Part shown: positions 15,705 to 29,790 of the stretch, one piece after another
Numbering within the stretch: the first letter of the stretch is position 1
Layout: each line of letters starts with the position of its first letter
Program-made: the position numbers and the translations under genes
Notes under the pieces: model-generated
Database searches by the model: none
Told to the model about the DNA's origin: nothing
The model's input: only the letters and a program-made list of their open reading frames with translations
Origin: the human T2T-CHM13v2.0 reference genome, Homo sapiens
Direction: 5' to 3' (one strand)
Length of the DNA stretch: 64,000 bases
Assembly (NCBI RefSeq): GCF_009914755.1
Contig: NC_060925.1

Positions 15705-17612
15705 GTTTACATCTATTTTTATGAAATTTATTTCCAAATTGAAGAGGCAGTGTATATAAAGGTAACAGAGCTTGTGATAATTTACAGAAATGTTTGCTAC
15801 AACATGCACATTATGAAGTATTTCAAACATATACATATTAGGTTTCATGCTGAATAAATAATCCCCCCAAATTAATTTTTATTTTTACATAAAAATATAA
15901 TATTGCACTCTTAACAAGACCAGTTATTCTGCATATTTTCTCTTTAGATAAATGATGAAATTCGGTTTTTAAAAAAAGATGAGTAGCAACCCTATTCTAA
16001 TAGGGGACTAATTTAAAGTTCTCAGTAAAAAAATGAAAGCTAGACAATAGCTGCAATTTTTTGTTAACAAAGCAAATCACTTCAACGTGAATAGGAGTAA
16101 TCTCATCTCTGCACCTCCATGGACCTCAGGATTCACACCTGGCCTGAGCACACGGTGATCTAAATGCAGCCTAGGTATCACTACATGTGTATGCAGTTTA
16201 AGGTTAAAGCATACATGGCCACGTGCTTTCTCTCGAATCTATCTTGACAGCAGAGACTTTGGAATTATATTTTATATGGTTTTTAAGCAGAATGTTTTAG
16301 AAAGTCTGGAAGTTACAAAAGTAGTACTGTAAACACCATATGAATTAAATTTCCATAACAAATGCACAAGTTATTCTTAGGCAGGGATACATATTTTTAT
16401 CCCATGGTAACATATTACTGAGCTTATCTGACAGTGTTTTCAAAGCCAATAAAGCAGCACCCCAAGTAAAAATATACAGACAGCCATCATATGGGAGAGA
16501 CAGACGGCTCCAAGATGTTTAGGAATTCTGTCTTTATGGTATGTAAGTTTGCTGTGGAATACACGAGATTTTATTATTCTTCCTAGAATTCTCAGATGGT
16601 ATAGGTTAGTAGAAACAGAATGAAATGGTTTCCTAAAAGAATTATTCTGCCTCCTGTTTAAAGTAAGCTTTTATAATTCTGTTTTGGGGAAGAAAATTCT
16701 TCCTGCAGATTAGATCAAATGCCTTATTTAGGCTGTGTTCTTAATACCCATGCAAACTTCTTGCATACTGAAGGCTTTCTATTGCAAATTGGTACAGATT
16801 CAATGCTCTGTAAATAGCAGACTTTAAGACTTACCATTGTGTTTAAACCTCAGTGACTCAACTAAGGATAGTCAATATCTAGCGTTACAGATTTTAAGTA
16901 AAATTTTTATGAAGAAACAGAATGTGTCTGAAATCCAAGATACCTGTATTCTTGTTTGTGGCTGTCAAAAAAATTCTGGTTCTCCTTTGAGCTAAGAAAG
17001 CAACTGGCAAAAACTGCCTAATTTTGAGATTCATTCATAGTTTATTTTAGTATTTAGATATTCCATAAAATATTTGGTACAGAGGCACCTACTGAATAAT
17101 TTGCTTCTCAAAGAAAGCAATTATCAAGTCCTAAAAATTATCTTTTTTTCTTTCCTCTTTTGGAGCATGTGTGTGTGGTGGGAGGAGTATTTCATGGCAG
17201 TAAACTTTTAAAATATAATTTTAGTGTGTTTTATATAAACAATCAACCAACCAATTTAAATTCTACTGGTCCTTTTGGAATCATAGAAAAAGGGGAGACC
17301 TTAATATTTTCTTTGGAATACCTTGGTGGGAAAAAATTTTAAGAATATCATTTTAATGTACCATGCGAGGCTTAAAACTTGTTGGCTAGTGCATATTGAC
17401 ACAATCTTCCAGATTATCACTAAAATAGAACAGAACTTTCCTCTTAGGATCATGTGACTCTTCAGAATTTTGTGCAGATGAATAGACTTTATCATTATTT
17501 GGATGGTTTGTCCAGTCATCCATTTCTTTAGGTTCAACCTCCTAAAACTGGTGAAGTCAACAAATCTAGTTTGGAGTTAAAGTGCTTTGGAGAACGTGAA
17601 GTTCATTCGCAT
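15705..17612 (-). other. LYST: LYST 3'UTR (~1.9 kb; 3' end approximate)
   Basis: AT-rich stretch with no recognisable repeats after the stop codon, ending just past a minus-strand AATAAA and before the Alu at 15263-15580. Confidence 0.8.
15727..15732 (-). terminator. LYST: Probable main polyadenylation signal of LYST
   Basis: TTTATT on + strand = AATAAA on - strand. Additional hexamers at 16570-16575, 17041-17046 and ATTAAA at 17352-17357. Confidence 0.7.
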
Positions 17613-17751
17613 TCACCCGGCTGCATAGCTGCTAAGGAAGGAATAGAACATTGGCTGTTTCAAGCGCTGCTGGTCCTTCCGACACCAGGCAATCACGGTC
17701 CCATCACTGTTTGCTGTGTACAAATGGTGGCCATCACAAGAAAATGTAAGG
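17613..17751 (-). CDS. LYST: LYST terminal exon (exon 53), coding part
   Basis: Acceptor (T)n[49 protein letters not shown] then TGA at 17615-17613, matching the LYST C-terminus as I recall it. Confidence 0.97.
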
Positions 17752-18655
17752 CTGTAAAAAAAAAAAATTCCCATTTGTACATTATATTTCTTAAAAGTGT
17801 ATTAGCATATTGGTCATCATACTGAGGTTAGTGTAAAGAAGTTATCTTCAGTGGCGCAGAGAGACATAAACTAAATGACTGCCTACAACTCATTGGTTTT
17901 GACTGTAATTCTAACATAGTCACTCTGCTGACAAGTTGAGATGCTCATAAATGCGGTGATATAGAATAAAATCAGGATCACAAAGCTCAGTACATTCTAT
18001 TCTTTGCATATCTTCTTTTGCCTCCTTGTTTATGCTTTATTACATAAACAACAAATATTTGGGTGTACAAAACTTTTAAAAATATAACAGTACTATATTT
18101 TCTCCTTATAAAGATAAATAAGTATTTTATGGCTATATATTATTTCCCTAAAAGAGAAAAGGAAAAAAATGTAACATTAGTAATTAATTTAGGTTCCTTA
18201 AACTTTAAATTTAGTACACTGAAAATACATTTAATTTAATAAAGTAAAATTTGAATCACTTTATTTCTAATTATTTAAAGTCAAATTTGTTAACTAAGCA
18301 AAGAGTAACTGATTATTTATCTATTTTGTCAAGCACCCCTGCAGCTATCAATCACCATTATGGTCTTGTCAAATATGAAAGGAAAAAATACAGTCTCTAT
18401 GATTCCAGAGACACACTACAAGCATGCCTTTCCACTAGACTCTGAGTCACTGACTCGGATTTTAAGCTCCATGAAGACAAGGAGTGTGGTCTCTCTTGCT
18501 GCTGGGTCACGGACAACCCGCTGTGTGTTAAGTGGTTGGCTTTTCATGATGACTTCAATTGCACATTTCTTTAAGTCTGTGTGCTTAAATACCTCTCTAC
18601 GAAAAATACAATCACAAATTGTATTCTGAAGCATAAGAGGGGGAGAAGATCTTAC

Positions 18656-18727
18656 CTGATGATGGGCTTATTTGATTTGGGAAATGTAATTTCTCTCACA
18701 GGCTTTAAGTCCCATGTGCTCCATAAC
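18656..18727 (-). CDS. LYST: LYST coding exon (exon 52)
   Basis: Acceptor TTCCCCTCTAG, donor GTAAGA. 72 nt, [23 protein letters not shown](S). Confidence 0.95.
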
Positions 18728-19136
18728 CTAGAGGGGAAAAAAATCATCTAATTATGCAAACTAAAATTACTCTCCCTAAAAAGCCCTCTATATTTGTTTA
18801 TTTGTTAAAAATCACGTGGAAGGAAATGTAACAAACAATTAACAGTAGTTCCCTCTAGGGAGTTTGCAGGGGGTAGATGTGGGAATAAGAGAACTTTTAA
18901 CTTTGTATACTTCCATACTGTTAATCTTTTATAGTTAACATAAAACTTCAAAACTGTGCTAAAGCTATCTTTATTATTTAGAAATAAAACAGGAATAACT
19001 AAAGAACCTACATCCCAAGGTGAGTTTAAATCTCTAAATACTGAATATTAATATGCCTAGATATTAAAAATTAATTTCTGAAACTCCTGTGTCCTTATGA
19101 ATGAAATCAAAAAAAGAGAATCCAAATTCCTCTTAC

Positions 19137-19293
19137 CTTACAATTCCATTTTCTAATCCCCCAGCGATTACATTGATAGATACTCCCTCAGGCTGGTTGG
19201 AGAAAGCCACGGAACAGATGATCTCCCTGCAGTGGACATGTCCAACGAGATCCCCGTTCACCGTCCAGAGTCTGAGGTCACTGCCTCCGCCAG
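19137..19293 (-). CDS. LYST: LYST coding exon (exon 51), WD40 repeat
   Basis: Acceptor GTTTTAG, donor GTAAGA. 157 nt, (A)[51 protein letters not shown](R). Confidence 0.96.
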
Positions 19294-19474
19294 CTAAAAC
19301 ACCCAAATCATCCGGCGGGTTACCAGAATGTGGCTGTCTCAGAGCCCACATTTGGCCCCAGAAGGGCAACCCTGAAGGGCAAGCTCATTTGTTTATTGAT
19401 GAAGTTTGTAGACAACCCATGACTGAAGACTGTATAAATGAAATTACTACACAAGTTGCACAGATTTTTCTTTT

Positions 19475-20306
<832 letters not shown>

Positions 20307-20804
20307 GTGACTTATGTGACTTTTGAAGAAAAAAAAAGGTGTAGTAAAAATTACCTGAGTTAAAACTTAATTCTTAAAAAAAGAAGAAAAAGTATTCTTC
20401 AGAACATCTAAGATTAAATCTTATAAAGCAATACCTTATTAATTTTTTCTTTTCAAAGATTACAGAGTAACCAAAAGTTTTTCTTTTAGTTTTCTGGGGT
20501 TGGGGGAAGCATAATTGCCTGCCATGCTTTATAAACAGGATGGTTTGGGGGCTGATGATGATATGTCCAGCCTTCTCTGGGGAAATACTCTCATACTGAT
20601 AAAGCGGTTAGGAGGCACGATAAAGTTTGATGACATAGTCTCACTACATTTAATTTTATCTTTTCATTACATATAAGTAGAGGCTTTGCTTCTGTCTTTT
20701 ATTAAGACAATGAAAATATTTCATATTTTATAGCAAAGAAACATATAAACAATGCTTCTTTATTTAAAAATATGCCAAAGACCGCCAAATACCACAGATC
20801 AAAA

Positions 20805-21240
20805 TGCCCAGTGTGTTGCAGCATTATTCACAATAGCCAAGAAGAGGAAACAACCTAAATGTCTATCAACAGATGCATAAACAAAATGCAGTATGTACAT
20901 ACACACACACACACACACACACGCACACACACACAATTTTCTTTAGCCGTAAAAAGGAATGAAGCATGCGAAAACATGGATGAACCCTGAAAACATCATG
21001 CTAAGTGAAATAAGCCAGACACAAACAGACAGGTACTGTATGATTCCACTTACATAAAATATCTACAATGGGCAAATTCAGAGAGATAGAAAGTAAAATA
21101 GAGGTTACCAGGGGCTGGAAGCTGAGGGAGGAGGAATGGGGAAATAGTGGTGATGGCTGCACAACACTGTTAATATAATTAATGCCACTGAACTGAATAC
21201 TTAAAAAATGGCTGGAATGGCAAATTTTATTTAAATATAC
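20805..21240 (+). mobile_element. L1M 3' end with (CA)n tracts at 20901-20934 and 21247-21309
   Basis: GCAGCATTATTCACAATAGCCAAG...ATGCTAAGTGAAATAAGCCAGACACAAA are L1M 3' motifs. Confidence 0.85.
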
Positions 21241-21265
21241 ATTGAGACACACATGCACACACACA

Positions 21266-21311
<46 letters not shown>

Positions 21312-22209
21312 CCCAATGTTCTACTAAGTTTTCCCATTGTAGAACATTGATTATATCTAAATATAGCATCAAGATGCAGGAGACTCAGTATGCTAAAGAA
21401 ATAGAATTATAGACAATATTTTCCATGAGTAGGCTACATTTCAACCTTTCTTTTGAATTAAATGTTGGCTAAAATATTTTTTTAAAAGATAAAATAATTA
21501 GATAAGTACTAGTAAGGCTAGAAGGCTCATTGAAGTCACTGGAAACATAGCCATAAAAGATATTGAGGTAGGGGTTTCTCGCTGTAACCCATAGCTACCA
21601 CTACTGCATGGCTTAATCCTTCAAAATAAAAAATCTAAATGTGGGCCTGGACTCTCAAGTATGGCCTGGAACTTAGTAGCCAAAGAATTATCCTAGCAGC
21701 TCACTCAGTAACTTGGGCTACCACAAAACCAAATAACTACTCATCTGCCTACTTCTGTAAGTATCAAAATTTGACAGTTACCCAATACCAGATTGCTCGA
21801 ATGTATAATTTAACACATCAACTAAAAGTCAGAAACCTAGGCATTCCTAAAAAGCATCTCTATCCTTCGTATACACAGTCATGAAAATCAAAATAAATTA
21901 AAGAACCACCCCACTGTGAATCTTAGAATATTTTACTAACTCTATCTTGCCATTGGCAACAGAGGACCAGGCTATGGATGTCTCACCTTAGTTCAAAGGC
22001 ATATATTTTGATCCAGTGATAGAATGGTAAACACACATACAACCCCCCCAGAAATCACTGATTACATTTTCACAGTTTAATACATTTCACATCTTATCAC
22101 TATAAAAACCATATCCCATCATAAGAACTGAGAAATTATGATCAGGAGGAATGAGCTTGACAATGTAACTTTTGAGAAGATGTTACACATACAGCACAGG
22201 CACATAATA

Positions 22210-22857
22210 TAGTTGTCCCTAGGTATCTGAGAGGGATTGGTTCCAGGACCCCTGAGGATATCAAAATCCATGGATGCTCAAGTCCTTGATATAAAATGGT
22301 GTAGTATTTGCATATAACCTCTGCACATCCTCCTGTATTCTTTTTTTTTTTTCTTTTGAGATGGAGTCTCGCTCTGTTGCCCAGACTGGAGTGCAGCGGT
22401 ACAATCTCAGCTCACTGCAACCTCCGCTTCCTTCAAGCGATTCTCCTGCCTCAGCCTCCTGGGTAGCTGGGACTACAGGCGAGTGCCACCATGTCTGGCT
22501 AAATTTTTGAATTTTTAGTAGAGATGGGGTTTCACTGTGTTAGCCAGGATGGTTTTGATCTCCTGATCTCGTGATCTACCCACCTCGGCCTCCCAAAGTG
22601 CAGGGATTACAGGCATAGCCACCGTGCCTGGCCTCCTCCTGTATTCTTTAAATCACCTCTAGATTATTTATAATACCAAATACAATATAAGTGCTATATA
22701 AATAGTTGTTATACTGTATTGTTTGGATAATAATAAGAAAAAAGTCTGTACATACTAAGTACAGATGCAACCATTCATTTTCCTCCCCAGATATTTTCAA
22801 TCTGAGGTTGGTTGAATCCACGGATGTGAAACCCACAGATACAAAGGATTGTCTGTA
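22210..22857. mobile_element. MER2 (Tigger-family MITE) interrupted by an antisense Alu (22340-22633)
   Basis: GATTGGTTCCAGGACCCC..CAAAATCCATGGATGCTCAAGTCC and GGTTGGTTGAATCCACGGATG; Alu TSD TCCTCCTGTATTCTTT. Confidence 0.85.
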
Positions 22858-23950
22858 CGTATATACATACATAGACATATATATATATATTTTAATTTTA
22901 AGATCACTTGGATGATATCCAATAAATAGTCAAAATTTTTGATAGGTTAAATCTGATAACTTTCTTTCCTTCTTGGCCTACAAGAAAATAGGAGGATGAA
23001 CTCTAGTCTGGGTCGCTACAGATAAATTTGACCTCTCTTTAAAAAAGTAATTTAAAAAATTATGTTCCCTATATACCAAGTGCTCTTTATGATTTCTTTT
23101 ATATATGTATCAAGAGACCTTAAAAAAAGTTGACAAGGCCTTTTTGTTCAAATTGGAAAAAAGTTTTACCCATTACTCTATTATATTGTGTGCTACCCAG
23201 GGACACCTGAATACCCTACTAGTGAGTTGGTAATTGCAGAAAAAGTAATTTTGTTTCTCATTCTCATATGACTAGCTGATATAATATCACAGATATAAAT
23301 CACTACTGGCAGCAGGAAAGTAATTAACTTTACAAAATTCAACTCCCTCAGGATCAGTCCTAACTTTCAAACACTGCCAAAACAAGAAAGTAGAGAACTC
23401 CATATAAACAATCATTATATTATTTCCCCAGTATTCCTCTTGATATGACACACTAAAAGCTGCTAATGCACAAATCAAGGAAATAAAAAATCATCAATCA
23501 TTTGCGCAAACTTGTACTACCAAAGTCAACTCTTTAAGATCTTTTCCCTTTGTTATAATCATTAGGAAATAAAAATGTTTTCATGACATTATTTTACAAC
23601 TGGGGGCTAAGACTAGCAAAAATTCTTTCATATCTGAAATCTAATCATGACTGAAGATATTACTTCTCCTGAACACAAGAATAGATGAATGTTTTGTAGA
23701 AACAACAATAACAAAACCCTAACAGGTATCTGTGGTATAATGAAAAATAAGTATTTGGTCTTTGTCCCTGGTTCCTGGGACAGAGTCCCTAAAGCCCTTG
23801 GAATTTACTGTCTTCTGTATGCTAATGAGATGACTCTCAGTGGGCAGGACTACATAGCTTCAGTCTAGAGGCTGGTCACCAGAAAAATCAACCACATGAT
23901 TGAGGACTGAAACTTCCAGATACCCCCTAACTCTCATGCCCACCTCCTGG

Positions 23951-24572
23951 TGAGGCAGGAGAATAGGGTCTGGAGGCAGGGAACCTAAGACAGTTTCACA
24001 CTCACTTCCTAGAACTAAATTCAAAGGAAAACCCTAACTTTCCAGGCCTAAAGAACAAAAGGACCAGAGGCTACTCCCTTTGCAAAACTCCCACGTTTTC
24101 TGCTGGCAGATGGGAAATTGGCTGTCTGCAACCAATCAAACTGATTGTGGGTGGAGTCTTCATTTGCAACTTTGTAACTTCACCTTAGCCTACGATTGGT
24201 TGCAAAAAGCAATCAGATGTTTCCACAGGAGTGTGACCTTTGTAACTCCATTTAAGCTTCTGATTGGTGGTTTTAGGCAACCCATCAGACTGATTGTGGG
24301 ATACCACTTCATTCACATGACGTGAGCATAAAGTGGCCAATGGGAAACCTCCGCAGGGTATTTGTACCCAAGAAGATTCTATATCCAGGCCCTTGAGCCG
24401 CTGCTTGGGTCCACTTCCACACTGCCGAGTGTACTTTCATTTTCAATAAATTCCTGCTTTTGTTCTTTTGTTGCTTCATGCTTTCTTTGCTTTGCTGGGC
24501 ATTTTGTCCAATTCTTTGTTCAAAACACCAAGAACCTGGACAACTTGCAGTCAACACCCTCTACCAGTGACA
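23951..24572 (+). mobile_element. MER51-type ERV1 solo LTR
   Basis: Starts TGAGGCAGGAGAATAGGGTCTGGAGGCAGGGAACCTAAG, ends CA; perfect 4-bp TSD CTGG (23947-50, 24573-76); several CCAAT boxes and AATAAA. Confidence 0.88.
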
Positions 24573-25567
24573 CTGGGAGCAGAGTGGGGGGTGGGGATTG
24601 ACCTATGTAACAAAACCTTCATAAAGTTCCTAAATGACAAGGGTAGGAGCACTTCTGGGTTGGTGAACACAACTATGTCAGAAATAATAAGTTTCTCTTC
24701 AAAGCTCCCTTGGTCTTTCTTGCTCTGTACACAGGCCCCACCCCTTGCTTAATTTGTAATTAGCAAACCTCTATATGCCCAGACATGCCCAGACTTGTTC
24801 TGTAAACTACCTTTCCCACCTTAGCAACAGTCTCTTCCTCCCCTCCTCTTGCAAACGGCATATTTACCATATGTAGAAAAGTTTAAGTCTTAGCCAATAA
24901 TTGGGTTAGATTGTTCAGTCCAACTCAAGCCAATGGGGAGAGGACACAGTAACAGGAGCTGCGTTAGGGATAAAAACTTTTCTCTCCTTTGTTTGGTATG
25001 CTCTTGCAATCAGACGGATGCAGGCAGCACCCTTCTGCAGAAGTAAATGTGCCTTGCTGAGAAATGTTCTGTCTAAGTGCTGGCTTTTCTTTGAGGCACT
25101 GAGCACTTGTTTCTAACAAAATGGGGGCACATCTGGGATCCCATTCTCCTCCGGAGAAGGGTCTCCAATCATCTCTTGTGAGGAGACGTGTCTCACTGCA
25201 GCAGCCTCAAGAATGAGGGATTGAGACCCACCAGCATGATGAATATACCGAGACTCTCAGCAACATGGAAGGAAAAGGCCTACAGATGCCATGGTGACCA
25301 AGTAATTCTGTGCACAGACCAAGGTAAGAAAAGCCGCAGGGGCAGTGAAGTACTTCTTTGGTGGTTAGGACATCCTGGAGGTTGAAAGTATGTGAATGAG
25401 ATGCACAATTAAGTGCAAAGCGAGTGTGGAGTAAAGTAAAGGAGTGCAAGAAACCTCCAGTGGGGAGGGGGGTTAAGTCTCCAGGGAAAGGGTGCAAGAA
25501 ATCTCTAGTAAGAGAGGTTGAACCCCATACAGTCAGGAAACTCAGGGACACATCTAAAACTTCCAGG

Positions 25568-25681
25568 ATGGGAAATAACCCTAGTAAAACAAAAACTACA
25601 AAGAGCAAAGCAGATAATATGATTCCCTCTGATAACCCTCTAAGTCTCATGTTAAAATATTGGAAAGATAATGAAAAGACA
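25568..25681 (+). pseudogene. ERV gag matrix N-terminus, truncated
   Basis: MGNNPSKT...[20 protein letters not shown]; myristoylation Gly2 and a class I ERV matrix-like motif. Confidence 0.8.
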
Positions 25682-27374
25682 GTAAACCTGAGCTCTATTT
25701 GGGAAAAGAAATGGAGCTAGTATTTAAACTATTTATTTTCACAAGGATTACAGGCACCTGCCACCATGCCCAGCTAATTTTTGTATTTTTAGTAGAGACA
25801 AGGTTTTGTCATGTTGGCCAAGCTGGTCTCAAACTCTTGACCTTAAGTGATCCACCTGCCTCAGCCTCCCAAAGCGTTGGGATTACAGGTGTGAGCCACT
25901 GCACCCAGCCCAAAGTACCTGTTTTTATGGAGTTTACATTCCAATGGAGAAGACAAATAATAACAATATAAGCAAATATATCAACTGCTATAAATAAAAG
26001 GCAGGGAATAGGGATAGAATGCATTGAATTTTGTCAAATGCTTTTTTCTGTATCTTTTGAGATTATCATATGGCTTTTGCTCTTCATTCTGTTAACATGA
26101 TATATCACATTTACTGATTTGTATATGTTGAATCATCTTTACATCCCAGGATGAATCCCACTGGGACAGAATGTGGGGAGGGTTAATACTTTAGATAAGA
26201 TGGCTTGGAGAAGCCTGTTTGAAGAGATAACATATGCAGAGGCCCCAGTGAGGTAAGCATATGAGCCATATAAATATTTAGGGAAAAAGCATTCTGGACA
26301 AAGGTAAAAGCAAGTGAAAAGGCCCTAAAATGTAACTTACTTGGCATGTTTAAGGAATAACAAAGAGGTCAGTGAGGTTATAGCATAGTGATTAAGAGAG
26401 AAGAATAGTAAGAAGTGACATAAGGAAGAAAGCCAGGTCCTTATAGCCTGGCGTAGATATGTAAATGGGAAGCAATTAGATTAAGAAGAGGATGACATAA
26501 TTCGATTTACCTTTATGAAATATAGAGCTACAGTGTGAAAGTTAGACTGAAAAAGATTAAAGAGGAAAGCAAAGACCAGTTAGGTTATTATAGTGTTCTA
26601 GGTAACAGTTTTGGACTAGTGTGATAGATGTTAGGGTAGGAGAAGTTAGAAGTTAGATTCAGACTCTATTTTGTAAGTAGAGAAGATAATGTCTGCTAAT
26701 AGCTTGGATATAAGGAGAAAGAAGGAGAAGAGTAAAGGATGACTCAGGTTTTTGACCTGTCAACTGGGTGAATTCTGAAATTCAGAGATGAGGCATACCA
26801 GAGAAGGAACAAGTTTGGAGGAATGTAGAATCAAGTTTTGTTTTGGCTGTGTTAAGTTGAAAATGCTGTGTAGGCAATTAGATATCCAAGTCTGGATTTC
26901 AGGGTATAATTTGGAACTGGAAAAATAAATTTAGGAGTCATTAGGGAATAACCATGACTTTGGATAAGATCACCTAGTACAGCTAGAGAAGAGAAGGTAG
27001 CAAAAGACAAGAGACCTAAGGTATGCCATCGTTAAGAAGTAGACAAAAAGAGGAGGAACCAGCAAAAGACTGAGAAGGACCCACCAGTGACCTAGAAGAA
27101 AAATCAGGAGACTAGTATTCTGAAAGCCACCAGAAGAAAGTGTTTCACAAAAGGGAGGTAGTATTGAATGGTGTGGAATGTTGCCTGTATACCTAGAAAA
27201 AAGCAACTTTGGCTGCTTTTTAAGTGAATGTGATAGAGTTTGTACTGCAAATAACTTTCCATATTACTTTTCAAATCATGATATTTTAGTTCTTAAGATC
27301 ATGTAGAACTTTCCATTGTGAAAAGGGATTTGATTACTTTTATAACTAAAGAAACTTTTCTAAACTTAATTAAA
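25682..27374 (-). mobile_element. Non-viral block inside the provirus: Alu fragment (25746-25910), L2 (~25912-27180) with an L1M fragment (~26020-26162)
   Basis: Antisense L2 motifs ATGGAGTTTACATTCC, CAGGTTTTTGACCTG and ATAAATTTAGGAGTCA; L1 ORF2 antisense TTGAATTTTGTCAAATGCTTTTT. Confidence 0.8.
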
Positions 27375-27880
27375 AAAAATTAATTCTAGAAACTCGATTA
27401 CCATGGACTAAGTGTTTTCCCGTTACCCTATTAAGAGTCTGAACTGCTCACTAGAAAGATATCGGCTTATCCCCGTATAAAATGCTTTATAGGTTGCCTT
27501 ATTTAAATTCCACTACTGACCTCCCAACATTTGAGACAAAGGATCAGTTTCTTAGAAACTATGTATTTAGTCTGTCTTCCACCCTTTACTCACTCCCTCA
27601 AGACTCAAAGCCTCCTAGCACAAACTCCACCCCTCAAACTCCCAGTTCACCGACACCAACCCGGAGATCACATCCTTATCAGAAGTTGCAAAGAGGGAAA
27701 GCTCGAGCCCATCTGGGAAGGAACTTACCTGGTGCTCTTAACAACTGAAACAGTAATCCAAACTGCTGAAAAAGGGTAGACCCATTATACCCGAGTCAAG
27801 AAAGCACTGCCCTCTTCAAAGCCATGGACCACTGTCCCAGGGCCAACTCCCACCAAAGCAATGTTAAAAAGAAAAGTCTA
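27375..27880 (+). pseudogene. ERV pol integrase C-terminus, disrupted
   Basis: KLILETRLPWTKCFP..LLRV, GLSPY.ML, and HQPGDHILIRS..EGKLEPIWEGTYLVLLTTET (GPY/F-type domain); stops and frameshifts. Confidence 0.85.
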
Positions 27881-29790
27881 ATCAGTCTGTCTCTTTTTTT
27901 TTCTCTTCTCTTTCCCTTAACCACCCCCTCCATTTTATTATTAATGTAACTAAGTCAAGCTCACCCCAAAATATTACTTTTAATGCTTGTTTTGTTATAC
28001 CCTGCAGGAACCTTCAACGCCAAAGAGAAATAGCATCAGAAAAATACCTCTGCCCCTCCAGGGAAGCCACTACCGCCCCCTTATCCCGCCTATGGTGGGG
28101 AGATCAGCACTCTCTCCCCAATTTATGTTCTCAATGGGCATATGTTGTTTAGACCACCAAAAATCAAGGTTAGACATCCTCAGATGATTGCACCACCCTA
28201 AAGCCTTACCTCCATTTCACCGAAGGAGTCACCGCCCCCCACAACTGTCACACCCACCAGTGCAACCCACTACTCATCTCTATTACTATCCCTACCTCTA
28301 GCAACTCTAACCCCACCTTAGGTGCTTCTATGGTCTAGGAGAAAATGCCGTTAGAAAGGACTCTACAGGCTTCTTTGAAATGCGCTTTGTTTCTTCCCCG
28401 CTATCCTCTATTGTTACCCCTTCCCCAAGCCCATCCAATCAAACCATCTACCATTTCATGCCCAATGACAAAACCAAAGTAGTTATAATAAAAGTCAAGG
28501 ATTTAAAACAAACTTTAGCCATAACAACTGGGTACCAAGATATAAATGCCTGGCTGAAATGGATTAAATATTCCGCTCACACCTTAAATAAAAGCGATTG
28601 TTGCGCTTTTGCAACAGGCAGAGCAGAGACCCAAATCGTCCCCTTTCCACTTGGATGGTCCTCTGACCCACAGAATATGAACTGCATAGCAGCTCTCTTC
28701 CAAGACCCCACAGCCCGGGGCAATAAGGCATGCCAGTCTCTCGTTACTATTCCCAGAAGTTACAGGCTCTGTGGGTCAGCCCTCCAGAGCTATTTGGCCT
28801 CCAAGTAACAATGTCAATTTTACCTTGTGTCTCTCACGACAGGGGGAATATTTGGCATTCCTTGGAAGCCTAACAGGACGCAGTGAATCTAAGCCTTTTC
28901 AAGAGTTAACCAGCCTGTCTGCCCTTGTTTTCATCCCCAAGCGGATGTATGGTAGTATTGTAGTGGACCACTATTAAGTACTCTGCCAAGCAAGTGGAGT
29001 GGCATTTGCGCTCTAATCCAATTAGCCATCCCTTTCACCCTGGCATTTCATCAACCAAATAGAAAGAACAATCGTAAAAAAAAAAAAAAAAGTGTCCCCC
29101 TCGGGTCTTTTGATCGTCACATATATATAAATGCTATCAAAGTTCCACAAGAGGTGCTAAATGAATTTAAAGCCAGGAATCAAATAGCTGCAGGATTTGA
29201 ATCTATATTGTTCTCATGGGTAACTGCAAGCAAAAATGTAGACTGGATAAATTACGTTTATTATAATCAACAGTGGTTTGCTAACTATACTAGGGATGCC
29301 ATTAAAGGAATAGCTGAACAATTAGGTCCTACCAGTCAGATGGCTTAGGAAAATAGAATAGCCCTTAACATAATATTGGCCAAAAAGGGCGGGGTCTGTG
29401 TCATGATTGGAGTCCAATGTTGTACTTTTATCCCTAACAACACAGCCCCCAGTAAAACAATCACAAAAGCCCTACAGGGCCTTACCACCCTAGCAAATAA
29501 ATTAGCCGAAAAGTCATAGAAAAATGGTTTAGAAAATAGAAAGGACTCATAACATCAATCTTTATCCCCCTTGCAATTGTTATCAGTGTACTCATTCTTG
29601 TAAGTTGCTGCATCATACCTTGTATTCGTGGATCAAGGCAAAGGCTTATAGAAAAAGCTCTTACCAAAACCTCTCTCGATTCTCCCCCGCCCTACTCAAA
29701 TAAGTTCCTACTCTTAAACAACCAAAAGGAACTACAAAGCCAAGAGATGTTAGAAAAATTTAAGGACTCTGAAGAGGAAGAAGTATAACA
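27870..29790 (+). pseudogene. ERV env pseudogene (HERV-I/PABL-like gamma-type)
   Basis: SU motifs NAWLKWIKYS and GRAETQIVPFPLGWS; TM NVDWINYVYYNQQ..NYTRDAIKGIAEQL; immunosuppressive domain plus CX6CC ENRIALNIILAKKGGVCVMIGVQCC; multiple frameshifts. Confidence 0.9.

Noticed and set aside
18416-18634. 72-aa ORF in the last LYST intron as an alternative terminal exon
   Set aside because: Nearby acceptors are under ~60 nt from the exon 52 donor, too short for a normal intron, and there is no recognisable domain.
27870-29790. ERV env as a domesticated syncytin-like gene
   Set aside because: Broken by stops and frameshifts (longest piece 142 aa), an A-run at the furin site and a stop just before the immunosuppressive domain.
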